Positions 44,701 through 59,700 of a stretch of 64,000 nucleotides of DNA are shown here, piece by piece. The DNA is taken from the NCBI GenBank assembly GCA_036172245.1, contig JAYWIR010000003.1, positions 620,001 to 684,000 on the forward strand, read 5' to 3'. This DNA is from Raillietiella orientalis (taxonomy: Eukaryota). The position numbers and the translations under genes are program-made. Below the pieces are notes generated by a model, which saw only the letters and a list, made by a program, of their open reading frames with translations, made no database searches and was not told where the DNA came from. Numbering within the stretch: the first letter of the stretch is position 1; each line of letters starts with the position of its first letter.

Positions 44701-47700
44701 TCTTCCAGTTCCGGCCTTTCCACTTTCGTGACCTCCGCCAGCAGCTGCTCTTCCAGACCGTCCCTCGTCACAGTGAAATTGATCAGCGTCGTCTGCGCCT
44801 GCATCTCCGGCTTGTAGTGTGGATTCGCCAACTTCGTGTGCAAGATCAATCGAAATGTGGGATTCCATTCCACCTCTCGATCGCCGATCTTGATGGCCCT
44901 ACGGGAGGAAGAAGGGGGGGGAAGAGGGGAATCATTCGCGTTCAGCATTGCTCCGCCTCCTCCCTTTCTTCACTCCTCATACTCACTTGCCCTTTTTGAT
45001 CAGATTACGCCCAAGTAACGTATTCAGAACCGGGTCTATGGACTCCTCGATGTTTTCCATCAGCACCGGCTCCCCGTTCGAGATGGCGAGCTCTATTTCG
45101 TCCAGGTACCCTTTGTTTTCAAGTCTCAGCACATGCAAGGAATCGCCATACATATTTTTCACCCATTTATGTCCTTGCAACTTGGTTTGGGAAGAAGGAG
45201 AAACAGATTCGAGCTTCCGAATTCCTCGACGAAAACACATACCTGCGGGTCGACCATCAAGGGCCACCGCTGAGAGTACATGAGGATCGTAGCGTTCTCA
45301 ACAGACATCCTATCGTTGGGCAGTCCCTCATTGTTCCACTTTGCGATGAGTGCATCGTCGGTGAGTAGCGAGAGAAGATCCACGTCTTGCGTGAGATGCA
45401 CCACGGGCTACGGCACATGCAAACACAGCACTCGACCACCGCGTGAACAACTGGCGTACGTCTAAGGCCTTCAGCTGAGGGATCCAGTGTTTCAAGAGAA
45501 GATCCTGGCGATAGGTGCGTGTGAAGTAGCCTGCGAACGAGATGAAGGTGGACACCATAAGCACGTCTCCCGGAAGCGTTGTGAACTGTTTTCGAAATCT
45601 GCGGATGGCGGAAAACGATGAATGGTCGCTTGACCCGGCGACACGACGCAGCGCGCGCAACGTACTCGGTGAGGGCTTGCGTCCAACGCACGTTTTCCGA
45701 GCCCAACCCAGTGATGAAACGGTTGGCCAAGGAGATGGTCTCTGCAGTGTTATCGGCATCCAGCTGGCACTTTTGTTTTGCCTTGACAGCGTCGTCGAAA
45801 TCCGCAGTCAGCTTGTTGAGAGTGTGCTCCAGTTGCTAGGCACAAACAGTGGGACAGCTCAGCCATGGAAACAAGGACACCAACCCCCTTCTACGGCGCC
45901 CCTGGTTGCTCACCGTGATTTTAAACTTGAGAGCGCTCAACTTGTCCGTGGCTGCTTTGAGTTCGGCATTGGCTGCGTTGAGAGCCTGTCTTTTGGGGTC
46001 TACTTCGAGGAAGACTTCGTAAAATTTGATGATGTTGATGACCCATGCGCAAAGGCCTGAAAGGGGGAATTGACTTGTGGCGCGATGAGAGGACTGCTTC
46101 CACCTGCGGCTGCAACGGATTTGGACCGTATGAAATCCGGGTGGAACTCGTCGCTTTGTAGGTAGGGCTGTATGGCCTTCATAATGTCAGGGTGGATGTT
46201 TTCCTTGTCGTAATTTATCAGCATGTCGAGAAACTTGTCTACCTGGCCCATCATGATCTACAGATTGAATGAGAACAGGCGTGGGAAAACTCACAACTCT
46301 GGCAAAGACATGGAACCTTCGTTTACCGAAACCGTCCGCAGCATCCACCCACACACACCGTTGTTGTTTCCTTTCGTTTCATACATGCATGCGCGCAACC
46401 AAGCGACCATAACGGATGACTTTTTGTTTCGGTCCTCACCTTGGATGCTCTCCACGATCTGTCCTTCGGCACCTTACCTTTGGGTGCCAACAGAACGATG
46501 ACGGCAGCCGTCACGTTGGTAACCGCTGCCGGTGGAGATCCGAACGACTTCAACTCGGTCAAATTTGCCTGAAATGGAGTAGCCTGCGTGATGCTTTCAC
46601 GAGACTCCGCACAACACAATTCAATGAAGCAAGTCGGCGGTGCAGGTCACCCCCGCAGCAATGAGCATTGGGTGAAGAGAACCTTGTTCAGCGTGTTGAG
46701 TGCCTCCTTTGCCGCTATGAGGGCTGGTTCTGCTTTGCGCAAATCCTCCTCGCAGTCTCTCTGACGTTTCGTAACTTCTTGAGCGATAAGGGCGACCTTC
46801 TTCTCCTCTTCATCGGCTGAAAACGAATCGCCTTTTATCGGCCGAAACACATCGCGACTCGTTTGACATTAACCGATTGCCTTCTCCTTCCCAACTTTCT
46901 GCATCTCCATGTCAACGATCTTCATCAACCGATCAGCATTCTCGTTCTTTTCCTTCACCACGATCTCCTGCTCTCTCAGGATTTCTTGGAGCTCGTCGAC
47001 CTGGTTGGCCGTGCTGCGAAGCTTTTCCAGTCCGTTAGACAGACGCGTAACTTTGCTCTCTAGCTCTTCATGCTTCTCTGTCAGTAGCTTCCCGTAAAGA
47101 GTAATCAGTTCGAGGAACGATTTCGGAGTCGTGTAATTGTATCTCCTGTCATTCTGGAGATACACGTTGGATACCTCGCTCACGGAGTCCTGAGCGTATG
47201 CCATGAATTTGGCAACCGACGCACACAGATCTTGCTGTTGGGACATCTGGAGTCGGCGGTTCAAAAACGACGAGGACGGCACTTACATTTAAAACTTCCA
47301 CTTCGGTGAGGAACCTCGAAGCAACGGAAATCATGGCTTCTTGCGGCCACTCGTGAAACCAGTCGATGGACACGCAGTTGATCAATGCAGGGAATCTTCG
47401 AGCTCTGAAGCAAAAAAGTTCAACAGTACACGTGTGCTGGTGTACAAGATTTTCGGGACACGTTGCGGAGCCTTTAGAGCCACGGTGTTCACGTTGAGGA
47501 AACTGCGGATGGGAAAATGCACTTGAGAAACCGAGCTTGTCCGACGACCGAGACGCATTGAGGGTCGACGACGACTAATTCCTACGTTTCGATGCACGGA
47601 ACGGCTTGCAAGCGGGAGGACTGGAGAGAGGGCTGGAAAAGGCGAAAGACGGGAATGGGGTCGATTGCGGCAGAGGAGAAGTCAGTTATCAACGACGCTC

Positions 47701-50700
47701 GTCATTTCTTTTCCCGTAAAAGATTGGAAGCGACTTTGCATCTCGATCCTTACCCTGTCTACTTCATGAGCGTATTTGTTGTGGCACTCCGGAAGATCGA
47801 GAACCACTTGCATCAGAGCCTTTCACTGACCAAAAGGCAGAGTCATCGTGGAAAACGAAGGAGAGGAGCAACTTGGAAGGCGGACTCCAAAAGAGGAAAG
47901 CAAACTTGTGAAGCGTCCGATGCTCTCCTGCGTGTGTTCATACTACTGAACAGAGTGAATTTGAAATCAGAAGTGTGCAATACTCTTTCCGAGAGCACAG
48001 AGTGCCTCTGCTAAGGCGGTCTGATGCATTCTTCGCGCCATGCAAGACTACAAAAAGTAGGGGAAAAAGTGACTGGTGGTGAATTGCTATGCGCTCGCGC
48101 ATACGCGATGGATGACCTCCCCCCTACCGGACAGTTTCGAACGGGATAAAAACGACGATTCGCAAGCTGAAGGCGTGGATGACAACAACTCTCACGCAGC
48201 AAGGGTAGAGCTGTCTCTCAATCGCTAGGATTTCGGATCAGCTGGGATACATCTCTAGAGAAGTGGACCAACAAGGCTGCTGATGGGTGAAGGTGCCTGC
48301 AAAGCCAGATCCGAACACAATACCGAAAGTGGTCAAGTGCAGTGGACGCGTCTTCGTTGCTCCGTTTGCTTCGATACTCGAAAGAAACATTCATCTGGGC
48401 TGGCGGCATCCATGCTCAGCCCGAGATCCCATGGAGCATCTGTGAGAGATGCGAGCGGAAGTGCAAACGTTCTCGCAAACGACATTTCGGAACGTTACGG
48501 AAGCGAAGGAGGACAGAAAGGGCAGTCTTCGTCTTTCCTGAAGAGGCTGATCGTCGTTGGTTGGGACGAGGCCCGACCCCCGAAGTCGGAAAGTATATAC
48601 AGATGGATGGAACGGAAACCATCCTCAATTTGCGAAGCCTTTAGAGGAATCGTCTGGCAGGAGCAAGTCCTCTAAGTAAGAAGGCATCCAGGTAGATGAG
48701 TTCATTCCGATTCAACAGGAAGTACAGCCAGAGCCAAGTGTAAAGGGAATGAATAATAAGCTGACTCCAGTGTCAATTCAACGTGGCACGCGTCCCAACA
48801 GGACGCTAGTGGAAGGCCAATTTTGGAGCCCTCCGTTAGCGGATGCTCTCGGTTTGCCATTGTGCGGCCACGTTCCCTGCGGGTCGTAGAGAGGTGAACC
48901 GAGAGGCACACCACTGGTCGAATGGCGGAGTAGTGGGTGGGAGTTGTCGCCCAAGCCTTTCCGGTTGTACGAACGAGAAAACCTGTTATACAGCACAGCT
49001 GCACAGAAAGTCTGTACATAGCGGAAGAGATTACACAGGAAAGGGTTTCTCATGTCATTCTTCAGAATACGCGCACGTTATCGATTTACCTTTTACTCTC
49101 TCACACGCGATTCCCTAAAATACAACGAAGAGATGAAGTTACGGAGTTATTTTATGAAGAGTTGGTTCGTGAATGAGTGGAAGGCGAAAACAACAAGAAA
49201 GAAAGCACGTCTGTTGTAGTGTGAAAACCACCAAAAGGAAGTTCACCTTGTTCTCAGTGTTGAACCAACAGGGGAGAAACAAAGAATCATCTTGAGAAGT
49301 CTTCGCACTCTGTTTATGAAGTAATTCCAACAGTTTTCCCTGGAATCGAAAATCCCAACGCTCCTCACCTGGAAGAGAGGCAACTTTTGATAAACAACAA
49401 GAGGTATGACGAAGAGGAAGTAAGAGCAAGTATGAGCGACCAAGAGAGACTTGGCAGGGAGAGGGGGGGTGGGGGGCCGATGTCAGAGTCCAGCGGGTAT
49501 CGTAAGGTCGTTGGGACCAACAAAGTCCGTCAGTCACAAATCCCATCCCCGCGCAGCATATTCCCTGCCGACAACGTGGGAAGATGAAAACCGACTCACT
49601 TCGTTGCGTACAGAACTGATTATGTTTTCGACGTCTTCGTCCGCGAATAAGCCAGCTATTTCTCCTGAGGCCAACATATCATTCACGAGAACAAGAAATT
49701 TTTCATCAGCAACTTCGGCGTCTGTCATCAGGAAAATGATCCCCATAGATTTGATACCAGCTTTTAAGTACAGGGAGGACAGATCGCTCTGAAATCACAA
49801 AAAACGCATAGGGCGGGATGCTGATGGGAAAGGGGGGATGGGGGGATCTCTCTCACTTTGAGATCCGATATGGTGTATCCTTTCCGTAGCGTTATTTGGA
49901 AAACATCCAGATTGTTAATGAAGGCAGATAGCCGGGAAAGACTCTGCTTGCCACTTCCCCCCACGCCGATCAGGAGAGCATTGCCCCTCGGAGCTTCCAA
50001 GATTCTGGTGATCCTTAACAAGGATTAAGGATTACAAATGACTGAGAAACAACAAATGGCAACCTTTTCGCTGAGGAGGCGAGCCATAGCTTCACCTCTT
50101 TTAAACTTGAAGTGCTTACAGAGAGTGCAGAGTGCGATTTTTGGGGAGCAGACGAGTGTACCTCGCGGCGAGAAATATCGGAAAAACCCTCTGCAAAGCC
50201 GTGCTGCCGTGGCGGACTCTCACGGGGCCCAACACCTTTCCCATCTTTCCATGAAACCACTTTGTTTCCCACAGAGGTATCGTACGCCGAGAACGACCTA
50301 TTTTACGCCACGGGATAAACTTGTAGCTCATAAACGGATGCTGACACACCCTGAGGATGGATAGGTGAGTTTCGGTCGACAAGAAGAGCAAAAGCTGCAG
50401 CAAATGGAACAGCTCGAGAACCTACAAGCGCTTTCTAGTTGGGGAAGATAAAAGACAAGTAACTCTCTACGAAACACCTAGTGGCCTACGAGACAGGGTC
50501 CGAACGCGGACGGCTGGGAGCAACGAACTGCTGGGAGTGCTTGCTTGCGTGTGATCGTCGTGGGATTTCTTTCGGAGCATCATCACTAGCAGGAGGAGGA
50601 GGATTTCTGGTAGGCAAGGTCTCCACCACATGTCGGAAGCCGCCTCGATTCCGCTTTCCCTTCCCCTCGCCTCCCAAACTCTTGGACCTGGCAGCAGTTC

Positions 50701-53700
50701 AACCCCATCCCGAACTCACCTGCAAATGTGCATCACAGCATCTTCAAAGAGGACGAGATTCATGGCAGAGTAAAGTTCGTTATAGGTTGATAAAGTGTCC
50801 TCTATCACCTTATACAAGCTGGCCATGGACTGCACTTGCAGATATTTGGGCTCCCCCAGTCCTTGAGCGAAATGGCAGAACAAATTCGGTTTTCGAAAGA
50901 CAGCGTTTTCGTCGACATCCTGAAAAGACAACGCTAATGGGTGTGCCGGGTGCATGTGGCAGGCAGTTTTCCTCATTCGCACTTTATTGCCTGTGAGGAG
51001 CAAGTCCCTCCCCTGTACCAAAGAAGGAACAACCGCAGCGTGTAAACTTCTCGCGCAAACACTCAGTGAAGGATGGAACGGTGGATCCTGCTTTTTGTGC
51101 GCGAAGAACGTACGTGCAGGAGTTATTGTCAATGTGAAAATAAAGGGTCACGAACGAGAAATTACATAAGGCGATGCATGTTTCGATTAGTACGAGTGAA
51201 GGCACGAAAATGTCAGAATGGCAGTCTTGGAGAAGGTTAAGGCGAGGAATGTGGCTAAAACTTACTTTGAGCGCGCTTCCCCTTTTTGTTCCCCCATCCC
51301 TCGTGATGTTTGCACGAAGCGAGATCTGCTCGGCGATGGCCAAAAGAGCTGCAGCGTTTGGACCATCGTGCGTAGCTGGATTGATAGAGGGGGCTGCTGC
51401 TGGAGTGATAGCGTAACCGAAAGTTTGTATTGGGTAAGGCTTGTTTTCCTGTCATGTCACGGTGGACAACGGACCCTGAATGACACCTTTGGAGCTATGC
51501 GTTTCCTGGGCTCTGCACCCAGAGATGCTAAGGAGGTGAGCTGATTAGGAAATGCCTTCCGGGGCGGGTGACGAAAAATGAAACTTTATGAGTAATTGAG
51601 CACGTAGCACGGATTGCATCCTAATTTATGGGCGATGTTAGAATGCGTTCCTGATTAGGATACGGAAACTGTTTGAGGTCTTGGTCGTGTAGCATGTGAT
51701 GCCGCTTGAGAGAAAGACTTTGCAGTGACAGTGGCGTGAAGGGGCCGACCGAACATCGTAGGTGAGGGATGATTCAAGGTTTAAAATAGGGTTGCAATTC
51801 ACGTCGACGGGTACGTACAATGAGGGATCGGTGCAACAGCGTCCTCGAAAGTGTTCCTGCCCGGGGATCGCTTTCACACGAGCCAGAAGGCATTTGAGAC
51901 TTGCTCACCAAATACGCAGAGGTGCAGAACCTCGAAAAGAGAGACGTCATACGGAACATCTTCTCAGGAGAGAGTCTCGTGAAGATAGAGTTGAATGGGA
52001 GCGCGGTCACTCCGGGAGTGGCAAACAATGATGTGCACTCCCAGGAAGCGATCCGGGAAGCGACGTTTCCAGGCGGCAGCAGCCAGTCTTCCGCGTGGGG
52101 TCCAAGCAGTGCGTCCACAGAGTGGCGGCAGCCTGTTCCAAGGCAGGGTGTCCCAATTGGGGCCGGGAGCGGCGTTGTTCCTACAAGAGCCCGGAACTCG
52201 GGAAGGGAGACCGCAGCGACTTTAACTACGGGGAAGGAACAGGAGAAACCCCTAGAAGGAGCGCACTGAAAGGCAGCAGAATTCAAGGGAAAAGGAACAC
52301 CTACACCCACCTGACCTCGGACGCGAAGGGCGAAAAAAAGGTGGTGCGAAGAAAGAAACATCCCCACGGGTGAAGAATCAGTGTGGGGCTGCATCCATGC
52401 TCATCCAGTTTGATTTTGCTTGTACGCGCGTGGATCTCACGTGAGCTTCCGAACCGCGCTTTTCTGTTCTCGCACGGTCACCTTGTACACCGTGCACCAC
52501 CGCCTTTCCCAACGCCAAACACACGTGCGACGGATGCACCTCAGCGCCCGTTTTTCGAACTCTTGGCGAATAGGATTCGGAATAAAGTTTGTTTGCTATG
52601 GGCATCGCTTTCGAACATTCTCCAAATGTAGGCGGCGCGAGTTTTCCCCTTTCAATCAGGCAATCGGTATACAGATGTAAGGAGGAAGACAAACCTCAAA
52701 GCTTTTCTTTGTGACGTCGTGCAAGATCTTTAAGAAGCTGTCGAAATCCTTCTCTTCGACCATTCTATCGGCGTAAACGCGAGACGATTCGTGCATCCAG
52801 ATCCTGACTAAACCAACCTGCGTATTAATGCCGTCTCCCGTGGCAAATAGTAATCCCTGAAACAGGTGTCAACACATCGAGATGCGGACATCACAGAGGA
52901 AAGGGTAACACGCATTCACCCCCACCCCCCTCCCGCCATTGCATTCAGAAAACAAAAACAAAAAAAACAAACAAACAAACAAAAAAAAAAAAAAAAAAAC
53001 GTCTGCTCAGTCTTTAAAGCCGGGGTCACTTGATCGAAACTGCCGTTTTACCTGAAAGACATTGGCCAGATCCCTTAGGTTGAATACGTAGTGAAACTTG
53101 ATTGCCGTAGGCAAAAAGCAGGACGATATCCTGTTGTGCAGCATGAGTGCTGCGCCCACAACTAAAGGCAGCATTTTCTTGATGCTGGCACTGAACCGAT
53201 TCGATGCGTTTTCAAAATGCTGCGACAGGATGGAGCCAAATATCGTAGAGCATGCCTCATAGTTCGGGAAGCTGAAATTCCAGACATGAAACGAAAACTT
53301 GCTGCCCGCTCTCAGCAGTTGCGATTGCCCGCGATTTGCGCCCCCCTCCCCTGAGGGGCGCGCAACAAGTGCGAAGTTGGGGGGTGCACACCATGAGTGA
53401 GCGTTACACCTCCGAACCGCTCATTTCGAGTACCTGATGGCGAATACGGAGAAGTGCCTTTGCAAGCGTGGATTTATTGTGAAACTTCCCACGGTCGGAT
53501 TCAAACAAGCGACGAACTGGACATTGTGCACTTCCTTGATCGTTAATTTCGTGCGGTCGTACCAATGCTTGTAATCCAAATACTGGCGGATTAGCGTGTG
53601 AGCTTGAACAGTCCCGTAGATGTCCACCTAAGGACATGAGAGCCTTTGCCTTCAGTTTGCAAAAAGATCGAATGGAAGAAAGCATCTCCCGTGAATGACC

Positions 53701-56700
53701 AGGGAACACTCAAAACAAGGGTTGTTGTTTCCGGCGAACACAGTCCTCGAACTCGAGCCGAACAGAAACAACAACAACAACAACAACAACATAGATATAT
53801 ACATAGATAGAGAGATACGTAGATATAGATAAATTGATGGATATAGATTCTTTATATGCAAACATTGTCGCTCTCTCTCTCACTCTGCACACAAATGCAC
53901 ATCTATATCCTCTATCTATCCATCTGTAGGTAGAGGGATAGAGAGACATTGCTTTTGTTTTTTTCAAGGCACCCAATCTTTGCTATGGTTTGCTTTTCGG
54001 GAAGGCTCGCAGGTTGAGTAATACAAACCTCAGGCATATTCAGATCGTCAAGGAAATTAATCAACTTCCTGTTTCCCGGTGGACCGTAGTTGCGACCGGC
54101 TTTTTTCTCTAATGGTTTCTCTAAAATCCCCTGGAGAATCTCTGAAGCAGGATTAATCAATTGCCATTCAAGGAATACAGAGTAGTTTCGGAGCGGTACC
54201 TGAGCTCGTGTAAAAATTCAAAGGAATGTTTGTAATCAGGTAGTTGTCAGGCAGCTGCGACAACGTCTGTTCAACCAACACGGACTTGCCTGTGCCTGAG
54301 GCTCCCACCAACAAGACTGGCTTGCCGTACTTCATGAGCAGATTGAGGAAATACTGAATCCGGACGGTCTCACTTGTGTTGACCATCACGCTCTGGAGGA
54401 AAGCACGCAGAGTTTTCCGGAACGGAAGGATTAGAGAGTTCTTACGGCTAAAGGTTCATCTAACGGCAACTCTTGAGCTGTGATTTTGTTCGACCATGGA
54501 GTCCACTTCTGCGTTTCAGGATCGATATAGTAATCGAAGATGGTTCCGGAAAATGGCAGCTTTATTGCTTTGAATTCATTCATCCACCAACGGCTGAATT
54601 CCAAGCGGTGATCAACCAGCTAACGATCAACAGTCACAATCAGTCTTTTGCGTTCTTTCGGAGCACCTTCACGGGTATGACAGAAGTAAACAAACTCTCG
54701 CAAGCAAAGATGCATGCCACGTCTGTAGGCATGGGTGCTTTTCGGCAAGGTTTCCGTACGGAATCAAAAAAAGAACCACAAGGCAAAGAGGAGGAAGAAG
54801 CTCGGCATTCGAGTGCATTTCCGAGAACACGGAAACGTTATTCCTCAAGATTCCTAAGGGGCATACGAAATGGGCTGTTCCTGCATCGGACGGCTTGGCG
54901 GGTGGTAGAGAGAAATCCTACTCCGCCTCCGAGACACGCAAAAGGAAAACAAAAGTAGCCGGCCAAACCTAGAGCGCGTCTCCTTGAACTGGGGGATGAT
55001 AGATTCTCACCGCACCACCGCCTTGCTCTTATCCAACCAATGCACGGCTCTGCGACCCGTTGCACCGGGGCACCGAGTCCGAAGCTCGGAGCACGTGCTC
55101 ATGGGAACGGACTTTTTCGCCAGGCAGGCACCGCGCTTCCCGCTATGTCCCTCTCTCTTTCCCACGTCCACGTGAATTTAGGTGTTACTTACTTCTTCCG
55201 CTGATGCATAATTTATCGAGATTTCCAGAGCCACGTACGAAAACGCTGACATCTGAGAAGAGGAGGAGGAGGTGTGCGGCAGAAAGGGACTGTTGCACAC
55301 ATTTCACTGCTCTCCACACATCGTGTCTGTTCTGCTCTGGATGAGGTTTCGGTTCCCAAGAGCAGCAACAGTGCGGATAGACACGAAAACAAACAGCCGC
55401 AGGTGTGATGGAAAACCAAAAAATAGATAAACAAACATTTCCTCGAGTGATGCTTTAGTCCGTTTTAAGTTTTGGAGAAGGAGGCGTCGTCGCTCACGAC
55501 GCAAGTACTGTGACCGATTCTCCTGCTTTTATTACGTTCGTTCGAAAAACGTTCGCTTTTTCTAGGGTGGGATTCGTTTCCCCTTCTTCCTTTTTTTTTC
55601 CCTTCTCGTCCATTCGTACACCCCCCCTCCCATTTTTTTTTTTTTTTGTCCCTTCAAATTATGGACAAGTGTATGACTTTTAGAATTCCGCTTTCGGGCC
55701 TTTGATGCAAGGCGTGGCGCGCTGCTTCGACCTTAGAGTTGATCCGCGAGACCTTGCGTTCGAAAAAGGTACTAAATGATTCCATTCAAGGACCAGACGC
55801 TCAGGCGAACTCTCCTGACCTGTCACAGCGTCTGCGAAAATGCGTGAGTGAGCGAATCGATGAAGCGCTTGGCTGGGAACAGCCGGCCCCGGAATAAACC
55901 GGAAAAGGGTGCGCGCCTCTGCTGAATTATGTCAGCAGGAGGTGGGCAGGGGCACGGACCCAGAACGAAGGGGGCAGAAGAGCAAAGTCCGGGCAGATCG
56001 TACCTGATCTTGAAACAGCGACGAGCCGAATGCCCAGATGGCTGCAAACACAAAGTACATCTCGATCAGCTCCTTTGGGCAGTCCGCAGGAGTGTGCTGC
56101 GGGACCAAAATGCAATCCAGGAGATAACACAAAGTCATGATGTGAGCTATTTCGGATATCGGTATTATCTTCTTGAATCTGGAGCGGAGCGCTTCCAATA
56201 CGATGGGCACGTATTTGTCAAACAGAATCGTGAGGTTGGCCTTTTCAGATTGCACGTCCCGCGTTTCAATCCAGCTGGCGGCATAGCTGATGGGACGGTG
56301 TGCATCACATGTGCGGCTGCAACTCCCGTGCTACTCACGGGTTCCACCCGAGATCCTGCGAGTTGATGAACAGAATTCCGGCTCTGGATACTGTAGCAGG
56401 TGTCGCGGATTTCAAATGATAAATTTCGAACAGGAGGCGCATCCCAGTGGTCATCGCAATACGTTCGTTGCTGGCAAGCGTCATGACCTAAGGAACTTTG
56501 TGCATTCGGAATCTCGAATGGACGGGACGAAATTCGGAAAGGCGAAACCGACAAACAAAAGGGACGACGTTCCCACCCAAAATCCACCTCGGAGGGATGG
56601 TTCTGGAAAACGCATACTCTACACTTTTGGGGATACGCACCTTGTTGTCATCCATGACGGTGTTCAGAGATTCGATCCACATCGGATCGATGTCGCCGTC

Positions 56701-59700
56701 GAAAACAATCCACTTCGGTCCGTCTCCAGGAAGATTTGCCTGGTCTCGGAAGATTACGGAAAGAAGACCTAAGGAGAGGGAATAGATCAGGAGTGAGACA
56801 GAGCAGAAAAAAGGGAAAATTAGAAGCAGCAGCAATGAGGTTTCTCCGTGGACATTGCGGTTCGATATCAAACAGTTGGGTTCTTCTGAGGAAGAAGGAG
56901 GCACCGAAGCAGTAAGAAGAGGTAGGAGGAAGCAAGAATCTGGAAACTTTTAAGGGTACATGAAAAGAAATGGGCAGGAAAGAAAAAGTGCACGGAATGC
57001 AGTAAACCGCAGCCTGTTGGTTGGCGCAGCCGACCAACATGGACGACTCACGAAACTATGGGGACTGCAGCCAGAAATGAGCAACGAGAAACAGGAAAGA
57101 AAACAGGACGCGGTGGCAAGAGATAAAGTATCCAGACGATGAAAGGAAGCTTCAGCCTGTATTCTTTGCGGTTTTGTAATCTCACAAGCACCGGCAGGAA
57201 CCGCGCGCCTTTTTTTTTTTTTTTTTTGCTGTTGTTGTTGTTTTGTTTTGTGTTGTTCTTTCTGAAAAGATTGCAAATCAAGAACGAGGAGGAGTGTCAG
57301 GGATGAAGTCAAAAGCGGAACGGAAGAGAATACGGACGTGCGTATCAGGAAAGACTGCTGCACTCATCCTTGCGGAGGTGAAAATAGAGCCAAACTTGCT
57401 GATTGCTTCATATAAGAGACAAAACTCCCGGCAAGCAACGAGATGGACATGACTGGAGATGGAAAGCAAGCAGCCCTTCACCCTATCGCTCGAGAAGAAG
57501 ATGAAAAGAACGAATCACAGAGATCAAGAAGGGAAACGTTTGGTCACCATCGAAACCTAATCATTGCTACGAGCTAACTTTGGAGAACCGTTTCTGAACC
57601 AAACACATCAGGGATGCCCGCCTACCTGTGACAGTAGGCTCTCGCTAGTGAGAAGCACAACGGAGATATCGTTACGCAGAAAGTGATGAGTACCACGCAT
57701 GCAGACATAACACAGTGGAACCAGTAGCGAGTAACGCACGCAGCCAATAAACACGATGGAGGTGCGCGTTCTCTTCCGGGCATTTTTTTTTTTTTTTTCT
57801 TCCCCTTCCTCCTCCAAACGTTTTTTTTCCCCTACCCAAGCAAGACGTAAGTCCAGCGAGACTTTCTTGTACTTGCAGGCTAGAGTCCATCATCGCACTA
57901 CACATGCACGTACTGCAACACTCACAACACTCACTCCATGCACGTTTCACAAACATCCGTGTGCAGGACGCCGGAAAAGCGAGGATCTGCAGTGGGCTAC
58001 GAACCATCCTTCCATTCACGGGTCTGAGGGTTGATGATGCCAAACAGTTCGTCATTGGAAACAGCTTTCGGATCGAGATCGTTATGGTACGGTTTCAGCT
58101 TCATGTTCTGGTACGTCTTGAAGAGCGTCTTCCACACTTGACTTTTACCGGTCCCCGCATTGCCAATGATGAAGACAGAGTGCCTGACTTCAAGCAGCTC
58201 GTGGAGCTGAACGACCTAGGAAGATTTTCCTATGCATTACTTTTCCAGACAACGAAGGCCGATAAACTACGACGAACGCATGCATCAGGTATCAACAGGA
58301 TGCTGCAGCACACAGAGTTTCCACTTTAGTGCAGCAAGGCACACACACACACAGCCAGACACGTGCTTCCCAAAACAGCATTACCTTTAAAATGAAATTG
58401 TCTTCGGGCTGCAATTTCAATTCCAGTGCTGCTCGTTTTATTTCTGTTTCGAGTGCCAAGTTTCTTTTGCGAGGTATGTCAAGTGCGGGGAAAAGGTCGT
58501 TTATGAGTCCCATGAAAACCGGCAGATCTTCTGTTATGATCTTTGGAACATTGAAATCCCTCAGGGCTCTCATCAGGATCTGGTCTTCCGGTATGTCGGG
58601 ATCGCCTCTCTGTTTGAAGGTAAGACACCTGGTCAGCAAGGTACATCCTTACACGTACGCACGTTAGAGCATCAGTCAGCAATAGCATGGAACAGGCAGA
58701 GCAGATTTATCCCTAAAGGGCTCGCCTAGAAAAAATGCGCTTGCAAAGACGAGCAGGGAGTGCGAATACAGTACGTTTTGCGACTTGCACAAGAGTGGCC
58801 GCGAATCCCTTTTATGAAGCGCGAATGGAGAAAGGAGGAAAGGACCAACGTCATTCGAGAAGAACTTCGGTGTGCATGAAGAAAAGTTCTATCTGTCTGC
58901 GGAGGTTCTTAAGGTGCCGGCAAATGGGGCGAGGGGATGGAAAATCACGGTTTCATTCGTTACCTTCAAAGATCCGGCTACCACCAGCACCGACTTTATG
59001 GCTCTAAGGCCCCAGTCGTAATGGTCTTGTTTGGATAGCAGTTCTTTACAGAGCTGGTACAACGTTATAAACTTCTTGCTTAGCAGCTTCGCTTCCGTGA
59101 AACCTTCAGCGACCATCATGATTTCACTGATCAAGTCGAAATCTGGAACAACCATGGCACACGGGCGGAACAACGCCTTCAAGTTTTCAGGCAATTCGGT
59201 TCGTCCGGCATATCCTGGGTTCATAGTGATGAACAGTCCAACCGTTGAAGTGAGTTTAATTTTGTCTCCGAGGAAATAAAAATCAGACTTCTTCTCTTTT
59301 ATAGCATCCTGAAGATTCACGACATTAGACGAGTGTTTCGAATCCCATTCAACCCAGTCAATCAGTATTTTTAAGCGCGCTTCATTCGAAGGAGCAACCA
59401 GAGTGAACAACTGAATCGGCGGAAACCGCGCATCTGGTCATGGAAAAGTCTCGGTCGAAAGCGAGAGAAAGCCTTTCGACTGAGGCCATGACAAGGATGC
59501 TGCTGCCCAAGATCCCATCCAGACGCTACTTACGAGTACACATTTCACTTGCACTGCCACGACAGACAGAACTTCTATAGAGATGCGATTGAACTCGTCG
59601 AAGCAACCCCAAGCTCCGCACTGGGCCAGCCCTTTGTAGATGTTTCCAATGGACTGCGGCAAAGAAAGGAAAGAAAACCTGATTATAGGAAGAGGAGCGA

